38,921 bases of DNA from the IMG/VR virus record IMGVR_UViG_3300037309_000303, positions 1 to 38,921 of that record; one strand, 5' to 3'. Origin of the DNA: a virus (Duplodnaviria > Caudoviricetes). Every line of letters begins with the position of its first letter. Position 1 is the first letter of the stretch. Below are positions 17,350 to 25,858 of this stretch, piece by piece. The notes under the pieces are model-generated. The model did not search any database. It had not been told where the DNA came from and saw nothing but the letters and a program-made list of their open reading frames with translations. Position numbers and translations under genes: made by a program.

Positions 17350-18669
17350 TTAGGCGTTGAGGCCGGTGGCGGTGCAGAAGGCCGCCGGGCGGAACACCGC
17401 CAGCGCGGCGCGCATGTCCGCGCGCATGGTGCGCAGACCCTGCGTGAACTGGGTGCCGACATAGCCCATCTGGATGTCGAGACCGCGCCGTTCGAACAGC
17501 ATGATCCAGCTCGGATCGAACGCGCCGATCAGGCCGGTGCCTTCAGCGATCGCATCGTTCATCACCACCGGCAGCCCCCAAAGGCGCATCGGGCCAGCTT
17601 CAAGCGGCGAGCCGTAGATGTAGATCCCGTCGGCGGTGCGGGTCAGGCGGATGCGCTGGAAATCGCGCGGATGCAGCACGATGTGCGTCGCCATCGCGCG
17701 ACCGACCAGATAGACGTTGATGATCGCCTTGTAGATCGCGTCCATGATCGGGTCCGCCCCCTTGGCCTGCGTCTGGATGCCAGCGGTGTTGAGGATGCCG
17801 CGCAGGTTGGGCGCGGTGCCGTTCCCGATCAGCGCCTGACTGTCGAGCCGCTGGCGCACACCAAAGCCAAGGCGGCCGTTGATGTAGCTTTCCACCAGCG
17901 CCACGTCCTCCAGCTGCTCGTCGGTCACCGGCAGACTGTCGCCGATCTTGACCACCGGCACGCTCTGCTGGCTGAAGGCGAAGGTGCTTTCCGAATAGGC
18001 CGCGCCTTCCGCAGTTTCGGCCGCGGCGTGGGTGCGGGTGGTTTCCACCATGAACGGCACCGCCGCCTGACCGGTGCGCCCCATCGGCAGGATGTCGAGC
18101 AGCTGGAGCGGGCGGGTCACCGCATCGACGAAGCCGGGCAAGCGCAGGCTTTCCGGCGCGAAACCGGCGGTGGTGCTCATCAGCGCCTTGCGGCCGATGG
18201 TTTCGAACTGCGCGGTCTTGGCGAGAAAATCGGAGCCCAGCACGTCCTCGAACGCGAAGTCGAAGCCCTGCGGACACCCGCGCGCCTGCCAGTCCTTGAA
18301 GCTCTTGGCCTCGGTCAGGCGCTCACCGAACGACTTGAACTGATCGGTGTTGGCAGGCTGGCCGCCCGTGCCGGGGTGGATGAACCCGGGGCGCGCCTTG
18401 CCCAGCTGTTCAAGCCGGTCGGCCGCGTTCTTGATGGTCTGCAGCCCGACGACGTGATCGGCGATCTCGTCCAGCTCGGCGTTGCGCTTCTTGACCTCGG
18501 CAACCAGATCGTCCGAATTCTTGAGGCTGACGCCGGGAACGGTGACCTTGGTGGCATCAAGCGTGCCGTCGGCCAGCTCGGCCTGATTGAGAATATCGCG
18601 AAGCTCCTGCGACTTCGCCTGCATCTTTTCCTGCGCCTTATCGAGCGGGAGGGTCTTGATATCGGACAT
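17350..18669 (-). CDS. Major capsid protein, HK97 family, with N-terminal coiled-coil (delta-like) domain
   Basis: AAETAEGAAYSES, LIGNGTAPNLRGIL, RLWGLPVV, RAALAVFRPAAF. Confidence 0.92.
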   Translation of the reverse strand: MSDIKTLPLDKAQEKMQAKSQELRDILNQAELADGTLDATKVTVPGVSLKNSDDLVAEVKKRNAELDEIADHVVGLQTIKNAADRLEQLGKARPGFIHPGTGGQPANTDQFKSFGERLTEAKSFKDWQARGCPQGFDFAFEDVLGSDFLAKTAQFETIGRKALMSTTAGFAPESLRLPGFVDAVTRPLQLLDILPMGRTGQAAVPFMVETTRTHAAAETAEGAAYSESTFAFSQQSVPVVKIGDSLPVTDEQLEDVALVESYINGRLGFGVRQRLDSQALIGNGTAPNLRGILNTAGIQTQAKGADPIMDAIYKAIINVYLVGRAMATHIVLHPRDFQRIRLTRTADGIYIYGSPLEAGPMRLWGLPVVMNDAIAEGTGLIGAFDPSWIMLFERRGLDIQMGYVGTQFTQGLRTMRADMRAALAVFRPAAFCTATGLNA

Positions 18670-18761
18670 CGTGTTTTCTCCACTGGTCCGGGCCGGGGGC
18701 GAAAGTGCCGCGGCCCGGTTGAAACCGGTGGAGACCTATTGGCGGCACAAACGCGCCCGCT

Positions 18762-18782
18762 CGCCCCGGAACACGTTCCGGC
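18762..18782 (-). promoter_or_regulatory. Late-promoter activator box (palindrome CCGGAAC-NN-GTTCCGG) upstream of the capsid operon
   Basis: CGCCCCGGAACACGTTCCGGC, 19/21 identical to 27160-27180. Confidence 0.75.
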
Positions 18783-18873
18783 GCCTGGGGATTGCCGCCG
18801 ATGTGGAGATGTCTGCTGCCTAGCGGTTCGATCACGATTCGGCAATTGGCGCAGCCGCTGCTAAAGTGCCGGG

Positions 18874-19236
18874 ATGCTCTTCACCCTCGCCGCCGCTGCC
18901 GCGATCGCTGCCTGTCCGCCTCCCGGTGAAGGGAAGCGTCACCACTGCGTCCATGATGGCGACACGCTGTGGTGGGAAGGCGTGAAATACCGCCTCGCCG
19001 ATATCGACACGCCCGAACTGGATGGCCGCTGCCCACGCGAACGCGATCTTGCGCTGGCCGCGCGGGACCGGCTGATCGTGCTGCTCAACGCGGGGCCGGT
19101 CACGATTGAGCGGGACGGGTTCGATTTCTACCGCCGCCCGCTCGCCCGGTTCGGCCGCACGGGCGAGCAGCTGCTGCGCGAAGGATTGGCCACCCGCTGG
19201 CCGCGCCGCCGCGACTGGTGCGCCGGAACCCGGTGA
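18874..19236 (+). CDS. Thermonuclease (SNase-family) moron, opposite strand, hydrophobic N-terminus
   Basis: VHDGDTL, YRLADIDTPE, DFYRRPLA motifs; candidate -10 TAAAGT (18862-18867) 6 nt before ATG, i.e. leaderless. Confidence 0.85.
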   Translation: MLFTLAAAAAIAACPPPGEGKRHHCVHDGDTLWWEGVKYRLADIDTPELDGRCPRERDLALAARDRLIVLLNAGPVTIERDGFDFYRRPLARFGRTGEQLLREGLATRWPRRRDWCAGTR

Positions 19237-19384
19237 CCCCGCCCCTCAAAACCCCCTTAGCGGCGATTTAAGAGGCCATAAGAGGCCTGCCCGCCGATTT
19301 TTGGCGGGGGACGGGCCTCGAAGCGATCCTGAGGCATTTCTGGGCCTCCTGCCGCAATGTTGCCTGAAGAAGGTCGGCGGGCTT
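19237..19384. other. Central non-coding element with phased A/T tracts (candidate strong gyrase site) and a hairpin between convergent genes
   Basis: A/T tracts at 19248, 19257, 19266, 19278, 19297; TAAGAGGCC twice 10 bp apart; CCCGCC/GGCGGG stem 19290-19308. Confidence 0.4.
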
Positions 19385-20092
19385 CTAGAGCAGGCCGACC
19401 TTGGCCCGCGCATCGCGGGTTTCGTGCCGCGCGATTTCGTTCCGGATCGCTTCGATGGCCTTCTCCTCGGCGTCCGGGTCCGCCGGGTTGAGCGCTTCGC
19501 CGATCGCGACGTGGATCTGCTCGAGCTGCTTGCGCCCGGTCGCGGTCAGCGCCTGCGGATCGCCCGCCAGCGCCGTGGCCAGCTCGCCTAGACTGCCGAT
19601 CAGCGGGGCGAAGGCGGTCTCCTTCAGCTCCTTCATGCTCAGCGTCCGGGTGCCGCGCCCCGCGCCGCGGATCACGGTGGAGGTTTCGTGAACGTCGAGC
19701 TGCTTGAGGATCCGCACCCGATTATCGCCGCGCACCTGAAAGTCGGCATCGATCACGTCGAACCCGTAGGAATATTCCTGCACCGGTTTACCCTTGGCCA
19801 GATCGAACAGCAGTGCCGCGTGCCAATCCCTGCCCACCTGCGCTTCCAGATTGAGGTGCAGCTCGGCATAGGCGATGTCGCCTTCCTCATAGACCCGCGC
19901 CTTGCCGTACGGCATCTGGTAGCGATCGTGGTGGTGGATCAGCGGACACCACTGCTCGCCGCCCTCCTTCCAGCTGAAGGCCCCCGGCGCGTAGGTATCG
20001 CCATCGTGGTCGACCTCGGACAGGCGGGCGAGGATCGCGAGGCCCTTGCCCGCTTCGCCCATCTCGGTGACGGTCATCATCTTGGTCTGCAT
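19385..20092 (-). CDS. HK97-family prohead maturation protease (start ATG 20092)
   Basis: VDHDGD...PGAF, LIHHHD (His), EYSYGF (Ser), ETSTVIRGA. Confidence 0.85.
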   Translation of the reverse strand: MQTKMMTVTEMGEAGKGLAILARLSEVDHDGDTYAPGAFSWKEGGEQWCPLIHHHDRYQMPYGKARVYEEGDIAYAELHLNLEAQVGRDWHAALLFDLAKGKPVQEYSYGFDVIDADFQVRGDNRVRILKQLDVHETSTVIRGAGRGTRTLSMKELKETAFAPLIGSLGELATALAGDPQALTATGRKQLEQIHVAIGEALNPADPDAEEKAIEAIRNEIARHETRDARAKVGLL

Positions 20093-20103
20093 CGGACTGG
20101 TCC

Positions 20104-22311
20104 TCAAAGGCTGAAGTGGGGGACGAAGGAAAGCGTGCAGTTGGGGCGCATGTTGTCGGCCATGATCCGGGCGTCTTCGGCCGACACGATCTTGCCGTTG
20201 CGCGCGATGTGGCTGAGCTCGGAGCGCGGCTCGCCGAAGATCCCGTCGAACACCACGAGCTCCTCGGCCCCGGCCGCGCGCGCCGTCTCGAGCACCGACC
20301 GGTTCTGCGCGAACTGGGTTTCGGTGCGGGCGATCACGCGCGCCCTGGTCTCGGGGTTGTTCCACTGCCCGCCTTCGACCTGGTTGGCGATGCGGTTGGC
20401 GAGCGCGAGGATGCCGTCCCCTTCCGCGATCCCGGCGCGCAGCGCGTCGAAGATCGCCTGCCGCGTTTGCGCCGGCACATCGACCAGCCCGGCGCGGGTG
20501 CCGCCGGTGGCGATGATCTCGCGCATCACCGGATCGGGCAGGCCGGTACCGAAGCCCGCTTCCTGCAGGGTCGCGGCGGTCTTGCGCGCGATCGCGAGGT
20601 ACTGCGCCTGATAGCGGGACGAGAGGCCCTGCTCCCACGCCTCGAGGTTGAGCAGGTCGATGATCTGCTGGATCAGCGCGGGATCGGGGTCTTCCTTCAC
20701 CTCGCTCTTCTCGCCCTTGAAGCCGCGCGCCCTGAGGACGTCGGCCGAGATCCTGCTGGCGGTGTCGCCCCACCCGGAAAACAGCTCCATCAGGCTGGCA
20801 GCGAAGGGGCCGGTCTGGGCCTCGGCCTCGCGGTTGAGCAGGATCACCAGCGGCTCGGCCCGGGCGAGGGTCTCGGGCTCGGCGTCGCGCGCGTCGGCGG
20901 GGAGGTAGGTTTCGAGCGGGTTGGCCATCTTGCCTTCCGGCTTCGGCAGCGCCTTGGCGGGCGGCGGCAGCTGAGGATCGGCGGTGGGATCGACAGCCGG
21001 ATCAGCCGGGGCCGGGATCGCCGCCGGCCGCATCGCGCGCGGCTTGCCTGCCTCGGCCAGCGGCACTTCCATCAGCGCGATCGGGCGCAGGTAATATTTG
21101 TGGCTCTCGTCCGCCTCGCGCCCGGTTTCGGTGAGGTAATCGTAAAGCGTGATCGCCCCGGCCTGCAGCTCCTTCAGCTTGCGCTCGGTGGTGCGGTTCT
21201 CGTCCTCCTGCAGGGCGAGCACCTCGTCGGTGTCCCAGTAGAGCTCGAGGCGGCGGCGATCGCCCGCGCGCTGGAAGTCCGGCAGCAGGCTGCGCTGCAG
21301 CTCGTCGATCAGCGCGCGGCCGAGCGGCAGCACGCCGTTGTGCCAGGCGAGCTTGCGCATCTCCTCCATCGTCGCGCCGACCTTGGTCGACTGGAGGCCC
21401 GCGCCGAAGCCGACGACGGCGGCCGGGATGCCGAGCGCGGCGCAGACGCGTTCCTCGGCGACGTCTCGCGCGCCGCTCAGCTCCATCTGCTGGGGGTTGA
21501 AGCCGTATTGGCTCACCTCGGTGGGCGCGCCCATCACCAGCGTGCCGCCGCGGCCGTCACCGGTGAAGGTCTGCTGGAACCACGTCTTGGTCGCCTCGAC
21601 ATCCTCAGGGGTCGGCATCGCCCCACCCTTGGGGCTGATGACGACGCCGGGCACGCCCATGTTGCGCAGGAGCGAGGCGACGAAGTTGCTGCTTTCGATG
21701 TCGGCGAAGATCTCGCGGATCACGCCCTGCAGCGGTGAGAGCCCCCGGCGCAGATCGCGCGGGTTGAGCCCGTGGCGGAAGTGGATGACGTCGTCGGGAT
21801 CGAGGTAAATCCGACCGAACCCGGTGCCCGGCGAATATTCGTAGTGCGACAGGAACTCGGTGCCATCCAGCCCCGCCTTGGGCTCCATCATCCAGTGCGG
21901 GACATACCACAGCTCAACCGGGATGCCGGCGTTGTTGCGGACCTTGATCCAGTAGGCATCGCCGCCGGTGCAGTAACTCAGGATCGCACCGCCCCACAGC
22001 GCGATATCGCCGTAGAACGGGTTCGGGTTGCGGATCAGCTCAAGCAGCGGGTGCTCCTCGACCCGCTCCATCTTGCCGCCCTGCTGGCGATCGCGCATCG
22101 CCAGCGTCGCCTCGGGCAGCGCGCGCTGGAGCCACTGGATCGGCGCCATCACCACGCTCGCATCGAGCATGTCGCCGACCTCGCGGGCATAGTTGAACCG
22201 GGTGCGCTTCAAGAGCCCGCCCCAGAACAGCGACTGCGCGGCGTGGCGCATCGTGGTCAGCGAGGTGGTGACGCGGGCGAGCGCCTTGGTGAGGAAGTTG
22301 CCGGTGCTCAT
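20104..22311 (-). CDS. HK97-family portal protein fused to a C-terminal Mu gpF / SPP1 gp7-like minor head domain
   Basis: EHPLLELIRNPNP, DDVIHFR, GLSPL, AALGIPAAVVG (portal); Pro-rich linker; RARVIARTET...PNC (gpF-like). Confidence 0.85.
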   Translation of the reverse strand: MSTGNFLTKALARVTTSLTTMRHAAQSLFWGGLLKRTRFNYAREVGDMLDASVVMAPIQWLQRALPEATLAMRDRQQGGKMERVEEHPLLELIRNPNPFYGDIALWGGAILSYCTGGDAYWIKVRNNAGIPVELWYVPHWMMEPKAGLDGTEFLSHYEYSPGTGFGRIYLDPDDVIHFRHGLNPRDLRRGLSPLQGVIREIFADIESSNFVASLLRNMGVPGVVISPKGGAMPTPEDVEATKTWFQQTFTGDGRGGTLVMGAPTEVSQYGFNPQQMELSGARDVAEERVCAALGIPAAVVGFGAGLQSTKVGATMEEMRKLAWHNGVLPLGRALIDELQRSLLPDFQRAGDRRRLELYWDTDEVLALQEDENRTTERKLKELQAGAITLYDYLTETGREADESHKYYLRPIALMEVPLAEAGKPRAMRPAAIPAPADPAVDPTADPQLPPPAKALPKPEGKMANPLETYLPADARDAEPETLARAEPLVILLNREAEAQTGPFAASLMELFSGWGDTASRISADVLRARGFKGEKSEVKEDPDPALIQQIIDLLNLEAWEQGLSSRYQAQYLAIARKTAATLQEAGFGTGLPDPVMREIIATGGTRAGLVDVPAQTRQAIFDALRAGIAEGDGILALANRIANQVEGGQWNNPETRARVIARTETQFAQNRSVLETARAAGAEELVVFDGIFGEPRSELSHIARNGKIVSAEDARIMADNMRPNCTLSFVPHFSL

Positions 22312-22475
22312 GCGAGGACATCCTTCAGCAGCGCGATCTGGTTGGCGGAAAGGGTGATCTTCTGCTCGGTGAAGGTGCGCCCGGTCTGCCGGATGATGAG
22401 CGCGCCGCCTTCGACCTTCACGATCGTGAAGTCGGAGAAGGCGTTCTGGCCGAGGTTATGCGTGCCCACCTTCAT
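22308..22475 (-). CDS. Small hypothetical protein, 55 aa (MKVGTHNLGQNAFSDFTIVKVEGGALIIRQ...)
   Basis: Not in ORF track; ATGA overlaps with both terminase and portal. Confidence 0.65.
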   Translation of the reverse strand: MKVGTHNLGQNAFSDFTIVKVEGGALIIRQTGRTFTEQKITLSANQIALLKDVLA

Positions 22476-23884
22476 GCCGGTATCCAGTCTGCATCGAGGT
22501 CGAGGACGTCGGGCGCGCGGCGATTGTCGGCCACTGGCCGCCAGGGCGCGGCGTTCGCATCGCTGCCGGCGTGGATCGCCAGCGCCAGCGCCCAGAAGCG
22601 GTCGGCGTGGCCATCAGGCGTCCGCTCGGCGGTGAAGCGGATGTTGCCTGCGCCGGTCACCTGCTTGGTGACGCTGCGCAGATCGCTGCGGATCTTGCCA
22701 TCGTGCGGGATGCGCAAGCGGCGGTCCTCCATCGTCCCGCGCACCGGGTAGGCGAGCGCCTCCTTCGACTGCGCGGTGAAGTTGACCGCCTCGATCCGGT
22801 ACTTGCCGAACTTCGCCTGCCAATCGTCGACCCAGCCAATGCCGAGGCCGGTGTTGTCGACCGCCACGCGGCCGCCGCTTGCCAGCACCAGCTCGATCCA
22901 CGGCCAGATGATCTTGTCCTGCTCCGGCTTGGTTAGGCCCTGGAGCGTCACCAGCTCGCGGGTGTAGAAAACATCACCGAGCTTCTCCAGCAGCCAGAGG
23001 ACGGTGAGGTCCTTCTTGCGGCCGAGGTCGATCCCGGCGAACAGCGTGCCGCCTTCGGTTTGCTTCCAGTTGGTGCCCTCAGCGTATTCACAGCGGGCGA
23101 TCAGGTCGTATTCGAGGAACGCCGCATCATCATCGGCCGGGCGGCACATATATTCTTGCTGGAAGCTCTCCTCGTCGGCCGCGCCCGATCGGATGAAGTC
23201 GAAATAGGCGGCCTCGTCCATCGCCTGCCGCTCGTCATCGGCGGCGAGGTACTGCTGCAGCTTCCAGAGGAACCCCTGATCGAGCGCGTCCTGCAGGGTG
23301 ACGGTGTGCAGGCTGATGCCCTTGGGATTGCCCTGCTCCTTCACCTCGCGCACCAGACCGTTGAAGAAATTCTGGCTGCCGCGGTGGGTGCTGACCAGCT
23401 CCATCGCCCCGCCCCAGGTGATCCCCGGGTAGGCAATCGCCCAGAGCTTGCGCGGATCGGGGTGGAGCGCGAACTCGTCAAGAATGCGCCCGCCGCGCTT
23501 ACCGGCCTGCGCGTTGGGGTTGGATGACATCGAATTGATCCGCCGCCCGCTGGCGAAGCGCAGGACGTAGGCGGTCTGCCGGTCGCGCGGGTCGAGCAGC
23601 TGCTCGCCAAGATCCTCGGCCGCGATCGTCGCCTGCCCCGCCCAGAACTTGCAGTCCTCAAGGAACAGCTGCGCCTGAATATCGTCGCGGCTGCTGACCC
23701 ACTGGTCAAACCGCGCGCCGACCAGCGCGGTGCGCGAGACGGCGGCGTAGGCGGTCGCCCAGCTGATCCCGATCTGGCGCGACTTTTCCATCAGCTTCAG
23801 CCGCGAATCGTCCTCGATCCAGCGCGCCTGAAACGGCAGGAACACCGCGCCCGGGTTGGCGGGGATCGAGCGGGCGTTACCCAT
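22472..23884 (-). CDS. Terminase large subunit (Mu gp28-like)
   Basis: MEKSRQIGISWA, ILDEFA (Walker B), GIDLGRKKD, HADRFWALALA. Confidence 0.92.
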   Translation of the reverse strand: MGNARSIPANPGAVFLPFQARWIEDDSRLKLMEKSRQIGISWATAYAAVSRTALVGARFDQWVSSRDDIQAQLFLEDCKFWAGQATIAAEDLGEQLLDPRDRQTAYVLRFASGRRINSMSSNPNAQAGKRGGRILDEFALHPDPRKLWAIAYPGITWGGAMELVSTHRGSQNFFNGLVREVKEQGNPKGISLHTVTLQDALDQGFLWKLQQYLAADDERQAMDEAAYFDFIRSGAADEESFQQEYMCRPADDDAAFLEYDLIARCEYAEGTNWKQTEGGTLFAGIDLGRKKDLTVLWLLEKLGDVFYTRELVTLQGLTKPEQDKIIWPWIELVLASGGRVAVDNTGLGIGWVDDWQAKFGKYRIEAVNFTAQSKEALAYPVRGTMEDRRLRIPHDGKIRSDLRSVTKQVTGAGNIRFTAERTPDGHADRFWALALAIHAGSDANAAPWRPVADNRRAPDVLDLDADWIPA

Positions 23885-24465
23885 CAGCCCGCCCCCTGCG
23901 TCATTGCCTTGGTGATCTTGGCCATCGCCTCGGGCGAGACGCCCGCGCGCTTGCCGATCTCGCCGGCATCCTTCGCCGCCTGGGCCAGACGCGCCTGCAG
24001 CTCCTTCTCGAGCCGCTCGCGGTACTCGGCCGAGGTCTTCTGGGCGCTGACCGCCGCCTGCAGCGCGCGGCTCAGCTCCATGATACCCTTGGTCGAAACG
24101 TCGCCTTCCTCGAGGATTTCGAACGCCGCCACCTTCAGCAGCTCGGCCACCGCGACGGTGACCTCGTCCGGGGCCTTGGCGTCCATCGTCCGGGCCAGCT
24201 CGCCGCCCATCCGCTGGATCTCGTCAAGGCGGCGGAACTGGATCGCCTTGCGCACGGCGTAGCGGCCCCAGGCGCTCTTGCTGACGGGTGCGAGGCCAAC
24301 GTCGGCGAGCCGCTCGTTGAACTCGGCGAGGATCACCGCGCTCGGCAGCTTGCGCTCGCGCAGCTGCTCGTTGGCCCAGACGATCGCGGCCTCGGCCTCA
24401 TCGGGCAGCATGTCGATCGACGACAGGTGCCCGCGGCCTTCCTTGCGCTTGCGCACCCGGGGCAT
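23884..24465 (-). CDS. Mu gp27 / DUF3486 family (probable terminase small subunit)
   Basis: SSIDMLP...VSKSAWGRY motif; precedes gp28. Confidence 0.85.
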   Translation of the reverse strand: MPRVRKRKEGRGHLSSIDMLPDEAEAAIVWANEQLRERKLPSAVILAEFNERLADVGLAPVSKSAWGRYAVRKAIQFRRLDEIQRMGGELARTMDAKAPDEVTVAVAELLKVAAFEILEEGDVSTKGIMELSRALQAAVSAQKTSAEYRERLEKELQARLAQAAKDAGEIGKRAGVSPEAMAKITKAMTQGAG

Positions 24466-24466
24466 C

Positions 24467-24775
24467 TCAGCGCGCCTCGGCCGGGCGCATCACGCTCTCG
24501 ATGATGGTCCGCTCTTCCAGATGATCGCGGCCGGCGGGCGCGAGGCGCGCGAATAGCACGTCCTCGGCCTCGCTCACGGTCACCGCGCCCAGACCTTCGA
24601 GCTTGCGCATCTGGGTCCTGATCCAGTCCCGGTCGCGGCGGTAGCCGTAATAATCGAGCGTCCGCTTCAGCAGCACGTCGGACAGGCTGCCGTCGGTCTG
24701 GTCGGCCAGCACCCGCAGGATGCGCAGCCGCGCCTCGCGGGCGATGGCTTCGGCAAGATCGGCTTTGAGGCTCAC
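24467..24775 (-). CDS. Mu gp26-like winged-helix protein
   Basis: RLRILRVL...RDWIRTQMRKLEGLGAV...GRDHLE; synteny. Confidence 0.75.
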   Translation of the reverse strand: MSLKADLAEAIAREARLRILRVLADQTDGSLSDVLLKRTLDYYGYRRDRDWIRTQMRKLEGLGAVTVSEAEDVLFARLAPAGRDHLEERTIIESVMRPAEAR

Positions 24776-25221
24776 TTCTCCATCCCCTTCGGAACGACGA
24801 CGGACATGATCAGGCGCACCTGCTCGGCGATCTGCTGGACGGTGGCGGCGGTCGCGGCCGAGGTGGCGGCGTGCTCACCCTGCTTGTCGGACAGCGCGCG
24901 CTGGCGGCTTTCGATGTCGGCCTGCGCCTTGGCGAGCCGGTCGATCGCTTTCTCGATCCGCTTGATGTCGGCCGCGCCGATGGCGTCCCGTTCGACCGCC
25001 TCGAGCCGGGTCTCGATCTCGTCGACCTTGCCTTCCACGCCCGCGATCTTGGTGCCGATCGTGTTGTTCATCGCCTTGAGCTCGCCGGACAGGGCGGTCA
25101 GCTTCTTGTCGAGCCCGCCGGTGCCCACCGGGTTGCGCGCGCCGCCGCGCCAGATCGCCGCGCCGATGCCGACGACGATGACAAGGATGATCAGCAGCTC
25201 GAGGATGTTGCCGGGGCTCAC
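24772..25221 (-). CDS. Membrane-anchored coiled-coil protein (Mu gp25-like)
   Basis: N-terminal TM, long heptad region, synteny. Confidence 0.6.
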   Translation of the reverse strand: MSPGNILELLIILVIVVGIGAAIWRGGARNPVGTGGLDKKLTALSGELKAMNNTIGTKIAGVEGKVDEIETRLEAVERDAIGAADIKRIEKAIDRLAKAQADIESRQRALSDKQGEHAATSAATAATVQQIAEQVRLIMSVVVPKGMEK

Positions 25222-25646
25222 GCGTCAGGTCCTTTGATTGAATTGGCCGCCCGTTCGAAAGCGCGGCGGACAAGGTCCTTCACCTGCTCACCGAACAGCT
25301 CGAGGAGGGAGTAGCCCGAGAAACCGAGCCCGATCGAAACGACAAAGGCGAACAGCCACCCGGGGCGGCTTTCGATGATCCACAGCTGGACCGTCACCAG
25401 CAGGATGAAGCTCACCAGCAGCCGCAGCGGCCAGCCCAGCTGCGCCTCGCTGCGGACGGTGAAGGGCCGCGCGGCGATGATGCCGATGAGGCCGAGGATG
25501 CAGGTCACCACCGGGATCGGCAGGCCGGCCAGATCGATCAGGAACCGGTCGCCCAGCGGCGTGCGCGCATCGGGCACCACGATCGAGACCGCGACCATCG
25601 GCAGCCACACGCTGAGGAACTTGGTGAAGGAGAGCGGCTCGGTCAC
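25218..25646 (-). CDS. Multi-pass membrane protein, putative holin
   Basis: 3-4 hydrophobic segments, charged C-terminus, in lysis module. Confidence 0.55.
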   Translation of the reverse strand: MTEPLSFTKFLSVWLPMVAVSIVVPDARTPLGDRFLIDLAGLPIPVVTCILGLIGIIAARPFTVRSEAQLGWPLRLLVSFILLVTVQLWIIESRPGWLFAFVVSIGLGFSGYSLLELFGEQVKDLVRRAFERAANSIKGPDA

Positions 25647-25858
25647 TTACCCGCTTCCTTCGCCGACTGGCAATCGAAGCAGCGCCGGGCCGAGGGCAGT
25701 GCGATCCGGCGCGCTTCCTCGATCCGTTCACCGCAGGCGATGCAGAACTCCTCGCCCAGCCCGGTCAGGCTGGTCTGGATGCGCGCCACCGCGGCGTCGC
25801 GCTGGCGCTGCTCGAACTCGAGCGCGCGCTCGATCGCTCTTTCGCCCAGATCCATCAC
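25643..25858 (-). CDS. TraR/DksA C4-type zinc-finger protein
   Basis: CIACGERIEEARRIALPSARRCFDCQ. Confidence 0.9.
   Translation of the reverse strand: MMDLGERAIERALEFEQRQRDAAVARIQTSLTGLGEEFCIACGERIEEARRIALPSARRCFDCQSAKEAGK

Noticed and set aside
19223-19233. CCGGAACCCGG resembling the late-promoter box
   Set aside because: Only a half site, inside the nuclease coding end, lacking GTTCCGG
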